Part shown: positions 38,068 through 48,179 of the stretch, in pieces
Position numbering within the stretch: position 1 is the stretch's first letter
How the letters are laid out: every line of letters begins with the position of its first letter
NCBI GenBank assembly: GCA_030651375.1
Contig: JAUSFM010000003.1
Location: 184,718 to 248,717, forward strand
Length of the DNA stretch: 64,000 nucleotides
From: Candidatus Woesearchaeota archaeon
Lineage (GTDB): Archaea > Nanobdellota > Nanobdellia > Woesearchaeales > UBA12501
Direction of reading: 5' to 3'
Notes under the pieces: generated by a model
The model's input: the letters and a program-made list of their open reading frames with translations, nothing else
What the model was told of the DNA's origin: nothing
Database searches by the model: none
Made by a program: the position numbers and the translations under genes

Positions 38068-40266
38068 TTACTGATTCTCGCTCAACTTCTTCCGCGAGCG
38101 AATCTGGCCAATGATTTTCGGCTGCAACTCTTCCGGCAGTTTCTCAAAGAGCTGATCAACAATTGATGAAGTGCCCCTGCCTTCAGTTGCTGATCGTAAT
38201 TCGGATTCAAAACCGAACATTTCTCCAACCGGCATTTTTGCCTTGACCTGTGCGGTGCCGTATTCGGTCGTCATGTCAAGCATTTGGCCGCGCTTGTTGG
38301 CAATCAGTTTTGAAATTTCACCGACGTATTCTTCAGGCGCGTCAAACATCATAATCTGTTTTGGCTCAAAGATAACCGGCGAAGCAGTCATCATCGCGCC
38401 CTTGATACCCTCGCGAACAGCAGGATACATTTGCCCCGGGCCGCGGTGGATGGCGTCCTCGTGCAGTTTACAGTCGGTGAGCGTGACCATGACATTGACA
38501 CAGGGCTCGCGGGCCAGCGGGCCTTGGTTCATGACGTCCTCGAACATGTCGAGCACAAGCTCCATGATTTCAGTAATGTACACAATGCCGCGCGTGCCGT
38601 CGAGGAACAGATTGCCATGGAAAATGTCCTTGACCTTGTCGGCAACTTTTGTTTCCATGCCGGTGGCGACCAGCTTGTCGCGCATTTCCAGATTTTTCTT
38701 CTTGACGCGGCCTTCAGGAAGATGGCCGTTTCTAATGAGTTCTTGAATTTCCGCAGGCAGTGGTTCTACAATGAAATAAAGCTTGTTGTGCTTGTTGGGT
38801 GATTTTCCCTCGAAGTCCTGCGGCGCTTTTTTCAGAATGGACTCGCGGTACACCACAATCGGCGGGCTGGTCTTGATGGCGAATTTTCGTTCAGTGATGA
38901 TTCTGTTTTCGATGATTTCGAGGTGGAGCTCGCCCATGCCGCTGATGAGGTTCTCGCCGGTTTCCTGATTGATTTCAACCTTGATGGATGGGTCTTCTTT
39001 TGCGACTTTGCGGAGAATTTCAACGAGCTTAGGAATGTCCTGCTGGCTCACGGGCTGAATTGATTTGGTAATGACCGGCTCAAAGATGTGTTTCAGCTCT
39101 TCGAACGGCTGTTCCGGCTCAAGAGTGATTGTTTCGCCGGCATAGCCGGAGACGCCGCCGAGAGCGATAACGTTTCCGGCAGGAGCTTCTTCAACTGATT
39201 CTGGCTTGACGCCCATGTAGGAATACACCTGACTCACGCGCTGATTTGTTTTGGCGCCGTTGAGATACACGGTCATGCCTTCTTTGACCGTGCCGCTAAA
39301 AAGCCGGCCTGCTGAAATTTCTCTGCCGAACTTTGGATCAATAGTAATGCGCGTGATGACAAAGCCGACTTTGCCGTTCGGATTACAGGTAACGAGATCC
39401 TGGCCAAACGGTGAGTCTATTTCACCGCGCCAGATATGGGGAATACGATATGCCTGCGCCTCTTTCGGATTGGGCATGTGCTTGATGACCATGTCGAGCA
39501 CGACTTCAAATAGCGGCGCATTTTTCCAAATCCATTCTTGGCGCTCTTCTTCGCTGACTTCGCCCGAGAAAACGCGGAGAATGTCTTTGAAGGTGACATT
39601 TTTCTTTTTCATGTACGGCAGGGACAACGCCCAGTTTTCGCGCGCAGAGCCAAAGCATACGCTGCCGTCGACAATGTTGACTTTGAATTTTTCCTTGAAT
39701 TCCTGCTCGGCGACACGCTCGACAAGCTGGTTGAAGAGGACAATAAGTTTTGATAAGCGTTCCTGAATTTGTTCCGGAGAAAGTTTCAGCTCGAGAATCA
39801 GCCGGTCGCATTTGTTGATGAACAAAACTGGCTTGACGCGCTCGCGCAGCGCCTGCTTGACGACGGTCTCGGTCTGCGGCATGATGCCTTCAACCGCGCA
39901 GATAAGAACAATAGTGCCGTCGATAGCGCGCATGGCGCGCGTGACATTGCCGCCGAAATCAACGTGGCCCGGCGTGTCAATCATATTAATGAGATAATCT
40001 TGGCCACCAAAGGTGTGGCACATGGAAAGGTTTGCAGCATCAACCGTCATCAGACGTTCCTGCTCGTCGAGGTGGAGCCATGTTGCCATGCCGCCTTCCA
40101 AACTGCCGGCTGCTTTTCTGCTCATGAAGCCGGCTGCAGCGAGAAGATTGTCGGTCAGCGCGGTCTTGCCGTGGTGAATGTGCGCAGAGGTGCAAATATT
40201 TCTGATGTGCTCCGGCTGGTGCATCAGCCGTTTTGCTTTTTCAATGAGTTCGACGTCGGTTGCCAT
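38068..40266 (-). CDS. Archaeal elongation factor 2 paralog A (diphthamide loop retained; variant G1 AHIHHGKT)
   Basis: AHIHHGKTAL, DTPGHVDF, NKCDRL, and domain IV HEDAIHRGPGQ; start at MATD (40266) or 40314. Confidence 0.85.
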   Translation of the reverse strand: MATDVELIEKAKRLMHQPEHIRNICTSAHIHHGKTALTDNLLAAAGFMSRKAAGSLEGGMATWLHLDEQERLMTVDAANLSMCHTFGGQDYLINMIDTPGHVDFGGNVTRAMRAIDGTIVLICAVEGIMPQTETVVKQALRERVKPVLFINKCDRLILELKLSPEQIQERLSKLIVLFNQLVERVAEQEFKEKFKVNIVDGSVCFGSARENWALSLPYMKKKNVTFKDILRVFSGEVSEEERQEWIWKNAPLFEVVLDMVIKHMPNPKEAQAYRIPHIWRGEIDSPFGQDLVTCNPNGKVGFVITRITIDPKFGREISAGRLFSGTVKEGMTVYLNGAKTNQRVSQVYSYMGVKPESVEEAPAGNVIALGGVSGYAGETITLEPEQPFEELKHIFEPVITKSIQPVSQQDIPKLVEILRKVAKEDPSIKVEINQETGENLISGMGELHLEIIENRIITERKFAIKTSPPIVVYRESILKKAPQDFEGKSPNKHNKLYFIVEPLPAEIQELIRNGHLPEGRVKKKNLEMRDKLVATGMETKVADKVKDIFHGNLFLDGTRGIVYITEIMELVLDMFEDVMNQGPLAREPCVNVMVTLTDCKLHEDAIHRGPGQMYPAVREGIKGAMMTASPVIFEPKQIMMFDAPEEYVGEISKLIANKRGQMLDMTTEYGTAQVKAKMPVGEMFGFESELRSATEGRGTSSIVDQLFEKLPEELQPKIIGQIRSRKKLSENQ

Positions 40267-40318
40267 ATAATCCCTGTGAAGAGTTTGATAAACCCTTGAA
40301 TACTCACCGTCCAACGCG

Positions 40319-41071
40319 ATGATTTATAAAGTTTGCGATTGGTTTAAGAAGCTGCCTATTTTTCTGCGGACAATGGCGCCCACACCACCAACCTATGCCG
40401 GCCTTCGCGAACAATACCAATCTGAGTTCGGCCACAGCAGCATAGCAATGGTTGAGCCACTTGATCTTTTTATTTTAGAACATTTTTGCACATCGATATA
40501 CCAGCCATCTGAACATCCACAGGCAATGTTAGTGGGGCCGTTCAGCGTGCGGGAAGGAACCGTGCTGCGGGCATTTCATAAACACATGTATGGACGTCAA
40601 GTAAAAGTTGCAGGATGCAATAATTTTACACCGGCACGCCGACTGAGTGTTCAAAACGATTTAGATGTTGCACTGTTCGACCCGCTTTTTGGCGACGCCA
40701 CATATTCGCACACGTGGATGACGCCATGCGCTGATGGTGATTTTCCAGATGTTCAGTTTGACATGAGTTATATTCGAAATCCTGATTTGGTGAATATGCA
40801 AAAGTGGGCTGCGGTGTTTGCAAAGGCGTACGAATTCACCAAACCCAAAGGGATTGTAGTGACGTTGGTTCGGAAGAATGACGTGGACAAATATAAAGAA
40901 CTGGAACGAGCAGTGAAACATGAGTATGATATGACGCCCATCATCTCAACACCAACAGGGATAGAAAAACTATCGGGAGTGAATAGAGATATTGCGGAAT
41001 TGTGCCATTATCTGGGTGTTTTTAAGAGGGAACCTACTGTTTCTGATGTTGAACAAAGAGACGCTGCGTGA
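40319..41071 (+). CDS. Hypothetical protein between the EF-2 paralogs
   Basis: 250-aa ORF, divergent orientation; weak DPLFG motif only. Confidence 0.4.
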   Translation: MIYKVCDWFKKLPIFLRTMAPTPPTYAGLREQYQSEFGHSSIAMVEPLDLFILEHFCTSIYQPSEHPQAMLVGPFSVREGTVLRAFHKHMYGRQVKVAGCNNFTPARRLSVQNDLDVALFDPLFGDATYSHTWMTPCADGDFPDVQFDMSYIRNPDLVNMQKWAAVFAKAYEFTKPKGIVVTLVRKNDVDKYKELERAVKHEYDMTPIISTPTGIEKLSGVNRDIAELCHYLGVFKREPTVSDVEQRDAA

Positions 41072-41093
41072 ACACTGAATACCCAACACCGAA

Positions 41094-43238
41094 TTAATAC
41101 ATCCCCTTTCTCTTTCGTATCTCTGCAATAAGTTTCTGATGTGCACCGGCGGCAACCGGCTCAAACAATTGTGCAACAACTGCGCTCGTCGCGCGCCCTT
41201 CGGTTGCAGAACGTAACTCCGAGGAAAAACCAAACAGCGCACTCACCGGCAGTTTTGCCGTGATGCGCACCATGCCTTGTTCATGAAACAGCTCAATCAT
41301 TTGGCCGCGCTTGTTGCCTACAATTTTTGAAAGTGTGCCGGTATATTCTTCCGGCGCTTCAAACAACATGACTTGCTTCGGCTCGAGCAGCACGGGCCCG
41401 GCAGCAAGAATCGCCGCGCGAATCCCATCGCGCACTGCAGGATAGACTTGCACCGGACTGTTTTCAGCGTCGGCAGAGACGGTGTAATGAACAAGTGTCA
41501 CGAGCAAATTCGCGCACGGCTCGCTGCACAACGGGCCGGAACGCATCACTTCCTCAAACATATCAAGCACCAGCGGTGCGGACGACGGAAGAAGCGGCTC
41601 ACGGCACACGAAAATGTTGCCGTGAAAAATGGAGGCAATGTGTTCAGCAGCAGATGATTCCATTCCTGCGGCAATGAGTTTTTTTGAGATGTCTTTATTC
41701 TGTGCGGTTACTCGTCCGGGATAAACGCCACCGCTTGTGAGGAGCGCACCAATCGCAGGAGCCAGCGGCTCTACGGTAAAATGAAAAGTGAAATGCTTGT
41801 CCGGCGATATTCCTTCGCCTGATACTGGTAATGTATGGGTAACGGATTCGCGGTGCACCACAATAGGCGGGGACGTGATAACCGTGATGTGCTTGTCCGT
41901 TTTGATGCGGTTTTCAATAACATCAAGGTGCAGTTCGCCCATGCCGCTGATAAGAATTTCACCGGTTTCTTTGTTGATGTCAACTTTGATGCCCGGATCT
42001 TCTTTCTGCACCTGTTCAAGCACTTCAATCAGGTGTGGCAATTCACGCGCAACGCGCGGCTCAATAGATTTTGTTATGACTGGTTCTGCTGGGATCATGC
42101 GCTCAAACGGCTCGCCTGCTTCGCGGTCACTGATGGTGTCGCCGGGATACGCGCTGATGCCGGCGATGCCGACGATATTTCCGGCGGATGCCGAGTCAAT
42201 AAGCTCGCGCTTTGCGCCGTTGTAGATGAAGAGCTGTTGGATACGCGCCTGCTGGTGTGAGTGTACATTCCACACCGTCGCACCGTGACGGAGAGTGCCG
42301 GAAAAAAGCCTGCCTGCAGCAAGGTCGCCGAGCTGGGGATCAACAATTATTTTCGTCACGACAAAACAAACCGAGCCGTTGGAATCGCACGACAAAAGCG
42401 CGCGGCCCTGCGCCGACGACACGTCGCCGTGCCAAATTTTTGGAATCCGGTACGCCTGCGCTGCTGCCGGATCAGGAAGGTGGTGCACGGCCATCGACAA
42501 CACTACGCGGTGCAGCGGCGCCTTGTCAGCAAATGTTTTTACGCTTTCGTTGCGGTACGCGTCAATGACATCCTTGAACGCAAGCCCGTGCTGCTGCATG
42601 TAGGGCAACGAAAGTGCCCATGTGTGCAGCGCACTGCCAAACGCAACGCTGCCATTCTGCACTTGGACATGCCATTGTTCGTTGTACGGCGGCTCGGCAA
42701 TCTGGGAAATGAGGCGGTTGACGTCGCGAATAAGGTGAAGAAAGCGTTCCTGAATCTGCGCTGCAGACAATTGTTGCTGCACAATGAGCCGGTCAACTTT
42801 GTTGATAAAAAGAACGGGTTTCACGCGCTCGCGCAGCGCCTGTCGGAGCACGGTCTCGGTCTGCGGCATCACACCCTCAACCGCGTCAACAAGCACAATG
42901 CAGCCGTCAACCGCGCGCATGGCACGTGTCACATCGCCGCCGAAATCCACATGGCCTGGGGTGTCAAGCAGGTGAATGAGATATTCATCAGTGTCAACCG
43001 TGTGCACCATTGAAACAGCGGCAGCGTCGATGGTAATGCCGCGCGCCTGCTCGTCAGGGCGAAAATCAAGTTGGAGTACTTTGCCGGCGAGCTCTTTGGA
43101 AATCATGCCGGCACCGGCAAGAAGATTATCAGAAAGCGTTGTCTTGCCGTGGTCAATGTGCGCGCAGATGGCGATGTTCCTTATTTTTTTCACGTCAGAC
43201 GCGCAGCGCATGACTTTATCAACCATCTTTTTGGCCAT
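41094..43238 (-). CDS. Archaeal elongation factor 2 paralog B (canonical G1 motif, diphthamide-His loop replaced)
   Basis: AHIDHGKTTL, DTPGHVDF, NKVDRL; domain IV tip reads SADAENSPVQVYPA instead of HxDxxHRG. Confidence 0.85.
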   Translation of the reverse strand: MAKKMVDKVMRCASDVKKIRNIAICAHIDHGKTTLSDNLLAGAGMISKELAGKVLQLDFRPDEQARGITIDAAAVSMVHTVDTDEYLIHLLDTPGHVDFGGDVTRAMRAVDGCIVLVDAVEGVMPQTETVLRQALRERVKPVLFINKVDRLIVQQQLSAAQIQERFLHLIRDVNRLISQIAEPPYNEQWHVQVQNGSVAFGSALHTWALSLPYMQQHGLAFKDVIDAYRNESVKTFADKAPLHRVVLSMAVHHLPDPAAAQAYRIPKIWHGDVSSAQGRALLSCDSNGSVCFVVTKIIVDPQLGDLAAGRLFSGTLRHGATVWNVHSHQQARIQQLFIYNGAKRELIDSASAGNIVGIAGISAYPGDTISDREAGEPFERMIPAEPVITKSIEPRVARELPHLIEVLEQVQKEDPGIKVDINKETGEILISGMGELHLDVIENRIKTDKHITVITSPPIVVHRESVTHTLPVSGEGISPDKHFTFHFTVEPLAPAIGALLTSGGVYPGRVTAQNKDISKKLIAAGMESSAAEHIASIFHGNIFVCREPLLPSSAPLVLDMFEEVMRSGPLCSEPCANLLVTLVHYTVSADAENSPVQVYPAVRDGIRAAILAAGPVLLEPKQVMLFEAPEEYTGTLSKIVGNKRGQMIELFHEQGMVRITAKLPVSALFGFSSELRSATEGRATSAVVAQLFEPVAAGAHQKLIAEIRKRKGMY

Positions 43239-43296
43239 GACAAATAATCAGACGAGGTGATTTATAAAAGTTGTTGAGAAAAGAATCAATAATACT

Positions 43297-43779
43297 TTAT
43301 TCCAGCACATGCACGTCATGTACGCTCTTGTAGGTGTGCAGCTCATTCGGCGAGAACCAGAGCGCGATTTCTGTTTTTGCCGACACCGGGCTGTCGGATG
43401 CGTGAATAATATTTTTCAGCCCGATGTCTTTTGCGTCAGCGTATGCGTAGCTCATGTGGGAGAAGTCTCCTCGAATCGTGCCGGGCGGCGCCGCTTTCGG
43501 CTCGGTGGGGCCGACAATTTTTCGCACGAGCGCAGCGGCCTCAACGCCTTCGAGGACGAGTGCAAAAACGGGGCCTTGGGTGAGCATGGCTTCAAGCGCC
43601 GGATAAAATTTTTTCTGGATGTGTTCAGCGTAATGTTGTTTTGAGAATGCAGCGTCCACCCAGACCATTTTCCCGCCAACAATTTTCAGCCCGGCGTTTT
43701 CAAAGCGTGTGATAATTTGGCCGACGAGGCCGCGCTGGACGCCATCCGGTTTAATGAGCACGAGGGTGCGCTGGATCAT
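43297..43779 (-). CDS. ndk: Nucleoside diphosphate kinase
   Basis: LVLIKPDGVQRGLVGQII...NIIHASDS active-site His motif. Confidence 0.9.
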   Translation of the reverse strand: MIQRTLVLIKPDGVQRGLVGQIITRFENAGLKIVGGKMVWVDAAFSKQHYAEHIQKKFYPALEAMLTQGPVFALVLEGVEAAALVRKIVGPTEPKAAPPGTIRGDFSHMSYAYADAKDIGLKNIIHASDSPVSAKTEIALWFSPNELHTYKSVHDVHVLE

Positions 43780-44090
43780 TGCTTCGCCTGTGGTTGTTTG
43801 TCTTGATCGCTACCGTGTTTTGTATCTTTTTCTTTTTTCGGCGCGGGCTTTTGCTTTTGCTCTTGTTTTTGCTCTTTATTTTTTTCTTTCGATGCCGCCG
43901 CAGTTGCCGCGCTGACACTCTTCGCCTTGCGGTAGGTTTCAGTCCATTTGACTTCCCAGCCTTTGTGCCGAAGCTTCAGCTGGCCTTTCTGGCATTTAGA
44001 AGAACAAAAGTAAAAGATGCGCGCGTCGTTCTGCACATACGTCATGCCGGTGCCGCGGGGTATTTCGTTGCTGCAAAAAGAGCATTTCAT
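43776..44090 (-). CDS. rpl24e: Ribosomal protein L24e
   Basis: CSFCSNEIPRGTGMTYVQNDARIFYFCSSKC zinc ribbon plus Lys-rich tail. Confidence 0.85.
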   Translation of the reverse strand: MKCSFCSNEIPRGTGMTYVQNDARIFYFCSSKCQKGQLKLRHKGWEVKWTETYRKAKSVSAATAAASKEKNKEQKQEQKQKPAPKKEKDTKHGSDQDKQPQAKQ

Positions 44091-44185
44091 AGGTAATCCC
44101 TCAATGGATGGAGTGAATCGAATTTTTAAGTTTTATGGTACACGGTGTGTGCGCCAAGGTACGATGTACGAGTTACGATGTACGA

Positions 44186-44563
44186 TTATGATTTGTCGCT
44201 GCGGCCCTTGCGGTCCAATGGTCGTGCCTCAAATTCAGTCTCGCGCAGCATGAGTATGTCACCGAGGCGAACCGGACCTTTGACGTTTCTTCGGATGATT
44301 TTGTCGTGGTCGCGGCCAGCGAGAATCTTGACACGGACTTGGGTTGCTTCGCCCCGTGCGCCGGTGCGTGCAACAAGCTCTTCAACACGCGCTGGCACTG
44401 CTTCAGTAAAATAGACTTTTCCTTTTGTTACTTCCTCAACAACCGAGCCGCCGTCACGGTGCTTGCCGCGCTCGCTCATCTTTGCAGAAGGCCTTGAGCC
44501 GCCGGCACCTGCGCCTGCGCTGCCGCCTGCACTGCCCATCCGGTTGTCTCGTTGATCAGCCAT
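44186..44563 (-). CDS. rps28e: Ribosomal protein S28e
   Basis: [60 protein letters not shown] matches S28e core. Confidence 0.85.
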   Translation of the reverse strand: MADQRDNRMGSAGGSAGAGAGGSRPSAKMSERGKHRDGGSVVEEVTKGKVYFTEAVPARVEELVARTGARGEATQVRVKILAGRDHDKIIRRNVKGPVRLGDILMLRETEFEARPLDRKGRSDKS

Positions 44564-44588
44564 AGAGTATCACACAGTATCGCACTAT

Positions 44589-44903
44589 TTATTTGAGTTG
44601 GGCAATAAGCTTTTTTGCTTCGCCTTCCTGTACCACAACAACTGCTGCGGTTCCTACCTGAAGCCCTGCTGCTGCGCCGAGCTCTTCCTTGGAAGCAACT
44701 TCAGCGAACGGCACGCCTTTTTCTTTTGCCAGCACCGGAAGGTGCATAACAATTTCAGGCGGAGAAACATCTTTTGCAATCACGACGAATTTTGCCAAGC
44801 CTTTTTCCAGTGCCTTGGTTGCTTCGTTGGAGCCCTTGCGGATTTTGCCGGTGGTCCGTGCAACTTCAATAATTTCTAAGGATTTGTCGCCTTTGTCTGC
44901 CAT
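44589..44903 (-). CDS. rpl7ae: Ribosomal protein L7Ae
   Basis: GSNEATKALEKGLAKFVVIAKDVSPPEIVMHLPVLAKEKGVPF matches L7Ae/L30e fold family. Confidence 0.85.
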   Translation of the reverse strand: MADKGDKSLEIIEVARTTGKIRKGSNEATKALEKGLAKFVVIAKDVSPPEIVMHLPVLAKEKGVPFAEVASKEELGAAAGLQVGTAAVVVVQEGEAKKLIAQLK

Positions 44904-45007
44904 AGTGATTCACCCGTATAAGAAGGAACTATTCCTTCATTCAGGCCATTTGGCCTTCATCAATCATTGGAATGTGACTGCAAAACAGGAGGGGGTTTAT
45001 AAAGGTT

Positions 45008-45862
45008 TTGAATAGGTTTATAAAAACAGCAAAATGCCTTCGAATTATGAAACAAGAAAGTGATATACCACCATTTCCATCCGATATGCCGGTTGATGAG
45101 AGAGTGTATGTGCTTGACCAGAGCCTTGCAGAAGAAAAAACACCAGAGGGAATCATAAACGGCACGACGCCAACGTATACGCTTGAGAGTGTCGTGCACA
45201 ATGTAGAACAAAGCAGCAGCGTCGTTATCAGAGTGTTACGTAACGACAACAGAAAAGGTGGGTACGGAAGCATAGCCCCTGAAATACAGGCGCGCCAATA
45301 TGAGACACTTCTCGCTCGAATTGAGGGATGGAGATTTGATGGTGGTAAAACACCAAAAAAGAAAGTCGCACAACAGATTTTTTTTGTCAGGCACTTCCGA
45401 GAGGGGAAGGGATATATTGTTGACGAAGGGGAAAAGAGTGAGGTGGTGGTGCAACGAATGCGCGCGTATGAGCAAAGAATTGCACGGTACCATCCGCTCG
45501 TGCCCAAGGCATTTTTTATTGAAAAAATTGGCACCACTGCTGCCTTGCCTGCGGAACTTATGGTTCACTATGCGGAGGAATATAGGCAACGCCTCGAGCA
45601 AATTCAGGGCAATGGCGCCCGCTTGAGCCCAGAGGAACAAAATTATTTAGTAGACCAGATTCAACAGCTTACGAAAACATCACAAGTAAAGAGTAATCCT
45701 CCGCATCTCCGCGACGACGGCAGGCTGGTTGCGCTGGCGTACGCACTACCTGCAAAGCAGGTGACGGTGTACAGCCATGACCGGGACATAAAAGCGTTGG
45801 TTATGCTGACGCGCCATCTTGCGCCTGAGCGCGACGTTGATACGGTGTTTCTAAGACAATAA
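45008..45862 (+). CDS. Hypothetical protein (284 aa)
   Basis: Long ORF; no confident motif. Confidence 0.45.
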   Translation: MNRFIKTAKCLRIMKQESDIPPFPSDMPVDERVYVLDQSLAEEKTPEGIINGTTPTYTLESVVHNVEQSSSVVIRVLRNDNRKGGYGSIAPEIQARQYETLLARIEGWRFDGGKTPKKKVAQQIFFVRHFREGKGYIVDEGEKSEVVVQRMRAYEQRIARYHPLVPKAFFIEKIGTTAALPAELMVHYAEEYRQRLEQIQGNGARLSPEEQNYLVDQIQQLTKTSQVKSNPPHLRDDGRLVALAYALPAKQVTVYSHDRDIKALVMLTRHLAPERDVDTVFLRQ

Positions 45863-45938
45863 AAGGCACCAAAAAGACACCAGAATGCAGCATAATTAAT
45901 CATAACAAAAAATATAAACATCCTCGCCATTCCCGCAT

Positions 45939-46697
45939 TTGGTGATAGGTGTGATAGATATAGGTGGTAGAAAAACAACAGTTCTTATTTTCGCCGTTCT
46001 TGCTATTCTTTTTTCTCTCTTCATTTCCGCCTGCACCAACAAAAATCTGGGAGGCATCACTGGCAATGTGGTGCGCGAAGGAGCTGATACGCAGAATGCG
46101 CCGCTCGCACCTACTGTTTACAACCCGCCACCTGCCGCCATAAAAAATGGCTGTGCTGATTCTGACAACGGCGATGAGCCGTCGATGGCAGGGACAACAA
46201 CCGTTGTCATGGACGGCAGCGTGGTGGTGGCAAATGATGTGTGCACCGGCGACGCAGACTTGATGGAACATTATTGTGTTGCACGCAAGGACACGATTCG
46301 CGGCTACACCTGCAAATACGGCTGTCGGGAAGGGCGGTGCCTGACCAGTTCAGACACACCAGGCGCCGTTGACACACAACTTGAAAAAACAGAAAATACG
46401 CCGTCGCAAATCAGCCCGCCGCAGGTGTACACTGAACAAAAAGAAATGGTGGAAGAGCAAATTGCGCAAACCGCTGAACAAAACGAAAAAGAGCAGGAAC
46501 AAAAAACAGAGCAAAGCCAAAATGAAAATTATAACTGTTACAACGGCTTCAAAGACACGTTTGAGTCTGATGTTGACTGTGGCACTGCCTGCCCGCAAAA
46601 ATGTGGCTACGGCAAAATGTGCAGCGAGAGCACGGACTGCGCTGCTGGATTGAAATGCAACCAGCGTATCAGAAAGTGCATGCAGCGGGCGTACTGA
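45939..46697 (+). CDS. Secreted/lipoprotein-like Cys-rich protein (paralog family 1 of 3)
   Basis: Signal peptide VLIFAVLAILFSLFISAC; Cys spacing shared with 47005 and 47532 genes (GCxDSD...DxC...C...GxC). Confidence 0.55.
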   Translation: MVIGVIDIGGRKTTVLIFAVLAILFSLFISACTNKNLGGITGNVVREGADTQNAPLAPTVYNPPPAAIKNGCADSDNGDEPSMAGTTTVVMDGSVVVANDVCTGDADLMEHYCVARKDTIRGYTCKYGCREGRCLTSSDTPGAVDTQLEKTENTPSQISPPQVYTEQKEMVEEQIAQTAEQNEKEQEQKTEQSQNENYNCYNGFKDTFESDVDCGTACPQKCGYGKMCSESTDCAAGLKCNQRIRKCMQRAY

Positions 46698-46833
46698 ACC
46701 GGTATTTTTGTTCGTGGCACGGGTTTGTAGTGTGTTAGTTCTGTATCAGCCAATACAAATAACGGGAACGTACAAGAAACGAATTGTTAAGGAACTGTTT
46801 CGGTGCAGCGGCACCTTCAATTATTCCATCAGG

Positions 46834-46861
46834 GGCGAAAATCGGGCGCCCGATTTTCGCC
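46834..46861. terminator. Perfect 28-nt palindrome GGCGAAAATCGGGCGCCCGATTTTCGCC (hairpin)
   Basis: 14-bp perfect inverted repeat about 135 nt downstream of 46697 stop; no T-tract, so it may be a protein-binding site rather than a terminator. Confidence 0.4.
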
Positions 46862-47004
46862 GCGCGAGAAAAACAAAATGTGCAGACCGCATTTTTTCTT
46901 GCCCCGTTCTTGCCGACTAAAGCGTATGCAAGTTTGTTATACTCCTTTGTTTGAATTCCAAAAGTAAGAAAGATTTATAAATCACAAAACGAATAAAGAA
47001 TCAC

Positions 47005-47433
47005 ATGGCGCGCACTGAACGAAACAAAAGCGAAGAAAGCGAATTCAGCACGTTTGCCAACGTACTCGTGCTTATCGGTGTGTTTGTCTTCCTCATTTTC
47101 TACAGTCCCTTAAACAGTTTCAACGGCTTTGCTGTGCATACCCAGCCGAAAACCGTGACGTACAATACGCACAATATTCCGCTGGAAGGCATGCCGGAAA
47201 CTGGCTGTTATGATTCAGACGCGCCATCGGGAGTTGAACTGCTCAAGACGCAAATCTACACCGCCGGCCTTGTTGACTCCAACGGTATACCGCATTATGA
47301 CGCCTGCGACCCGGCCAGCGAAAACCGCGTGCAGGAGAATGTATGTTCCAAGACAACCAGCGGTGACCAGCGCGAAGAGCGGCTGGTTGAATGCCCAGAA
47401 GGGATGATGTGCACCCAAGGAAAATGTGCGTGA
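47005..47433 (+). CDS. Membrane-anchored Cys-rich secreted protein (paralog 2)
   Basis: TM FANVLVLIGVFVFLIF; GCYDSDAPSG...HYDACD...ECPEGMMCTQGKCA. Confidence 0.5.
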   Translation: MARTERNKSEESEFSTFANVLVLIGVFVFLIFYSPLNSFNGFAVHTQPKTVTYNTHNIPLEGMPETGCYDSDAPSGVELLKTQIYTAGLVDSNGIPHYDACDPASENRVQENVCSKTTSGDQREERLVECPEGMMCTQGKCA

Positions 47434-47531
47434 AACCCGCGGCATTTTGAAAAAATAACAAACCACAAACGTTTTAAATAACTCTTTCTTGTGCTCCACC
47501 AAAAAGAGCGGGCAAAAATTGGTGATAGATA

Positions 47532-48167
47532 ATGCGGCATGAACGGGAAGTAGTTCTTATTGGGCTCATGGCACTTGTGCTGATTCTTGCGCTCCAGAAC
47601 GAGCGGGTAGTTATTACGGGCCACGCTGTTGCCGAGCAAACTGCCGGCGAAACAACAGAAACTGAAGCCAGCACCGTGGCAAGCAACGTCGAAGCCATCA
47701 AGGACATTGTTGAAGAAGAACAAAAAAAAGACACGTTCTGCAGCAATGAATGCACACCACACGGGAGCACCTGTAAAAACACTATTCTTAGCGAGTGCCG
47801 TGATTTTAATTTTGATGGATGCCTTGAATTCCGGCAAACCAGCTGCATGAACGGCTGTGACGGAACCCGCTGCAACCCCGAGCCGCGCCCCATCAAAAAA
47901 TCCCAGTCAGACATTATCAAAGAGCGCAGCAGTATCATCACCGACGAACTGTGCACCGGAAAAATCATCGGCACGATCCAATGGAACCCGCATGGTTCGC
48001 TGTGCAGAAAAGCTGAACAAGCAACACGGTCGGGCGGCCTGTTCAAGCCGCTTGACTGCTGCAGCAAATTTTATTATGAAGCAGAATGCACACAAAATCT
48101 GGGCATCATACACCGCGGGCCGCTGGAATATTCGCAGTTTTTTGTGATTGGCTGTTATGAGCCATAA
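47532..48167 (+). CDS. Membrane-anchored Cys-rich secreted protein (paralog 3)
   Basis: TM VVLIGLMALVLILAL; many Cys in conserved spacing. Confidence 0.5.
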   Translation: MRHEREVVLIGLMALVLILALQNERVVITGHAVAEQTAGETTETEASTVASNVEAIKDIVEEEQKKDTFCSNECTPHGSTCKNTILSECRDFNFDGCLEFRQTSCMNGCDGTRCNPEPRPIKKSQSDIIKERSSIITDELCTGKIIGTIQWNPHGSLCRKAEQATRSGGLFKPLDCCSKFYYEAECTQNLGIIHRGPLEYSQFFVIGCYEP

Positions 48168-48179
48168 AAAGGAAAACAC

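Noticed and set aside
38171-43013. Antisense ORFs inside the two EF-2 genes (e.g. 38171..38746, 39251..39766, 39769..40299, 41788..42225, 42261..43013)
   Set aside because: They are completely contained in highly conserved EF-2 coding sequence on the opposite strand.
38068-43238. Possibility that the two EF-2 genes are an assembly duplication
   Set aside because: The proteins differ at roughly half of positions and in diagnostic motifs (G1, diphthamide loop). An assembly artefact would give near-identical copies.
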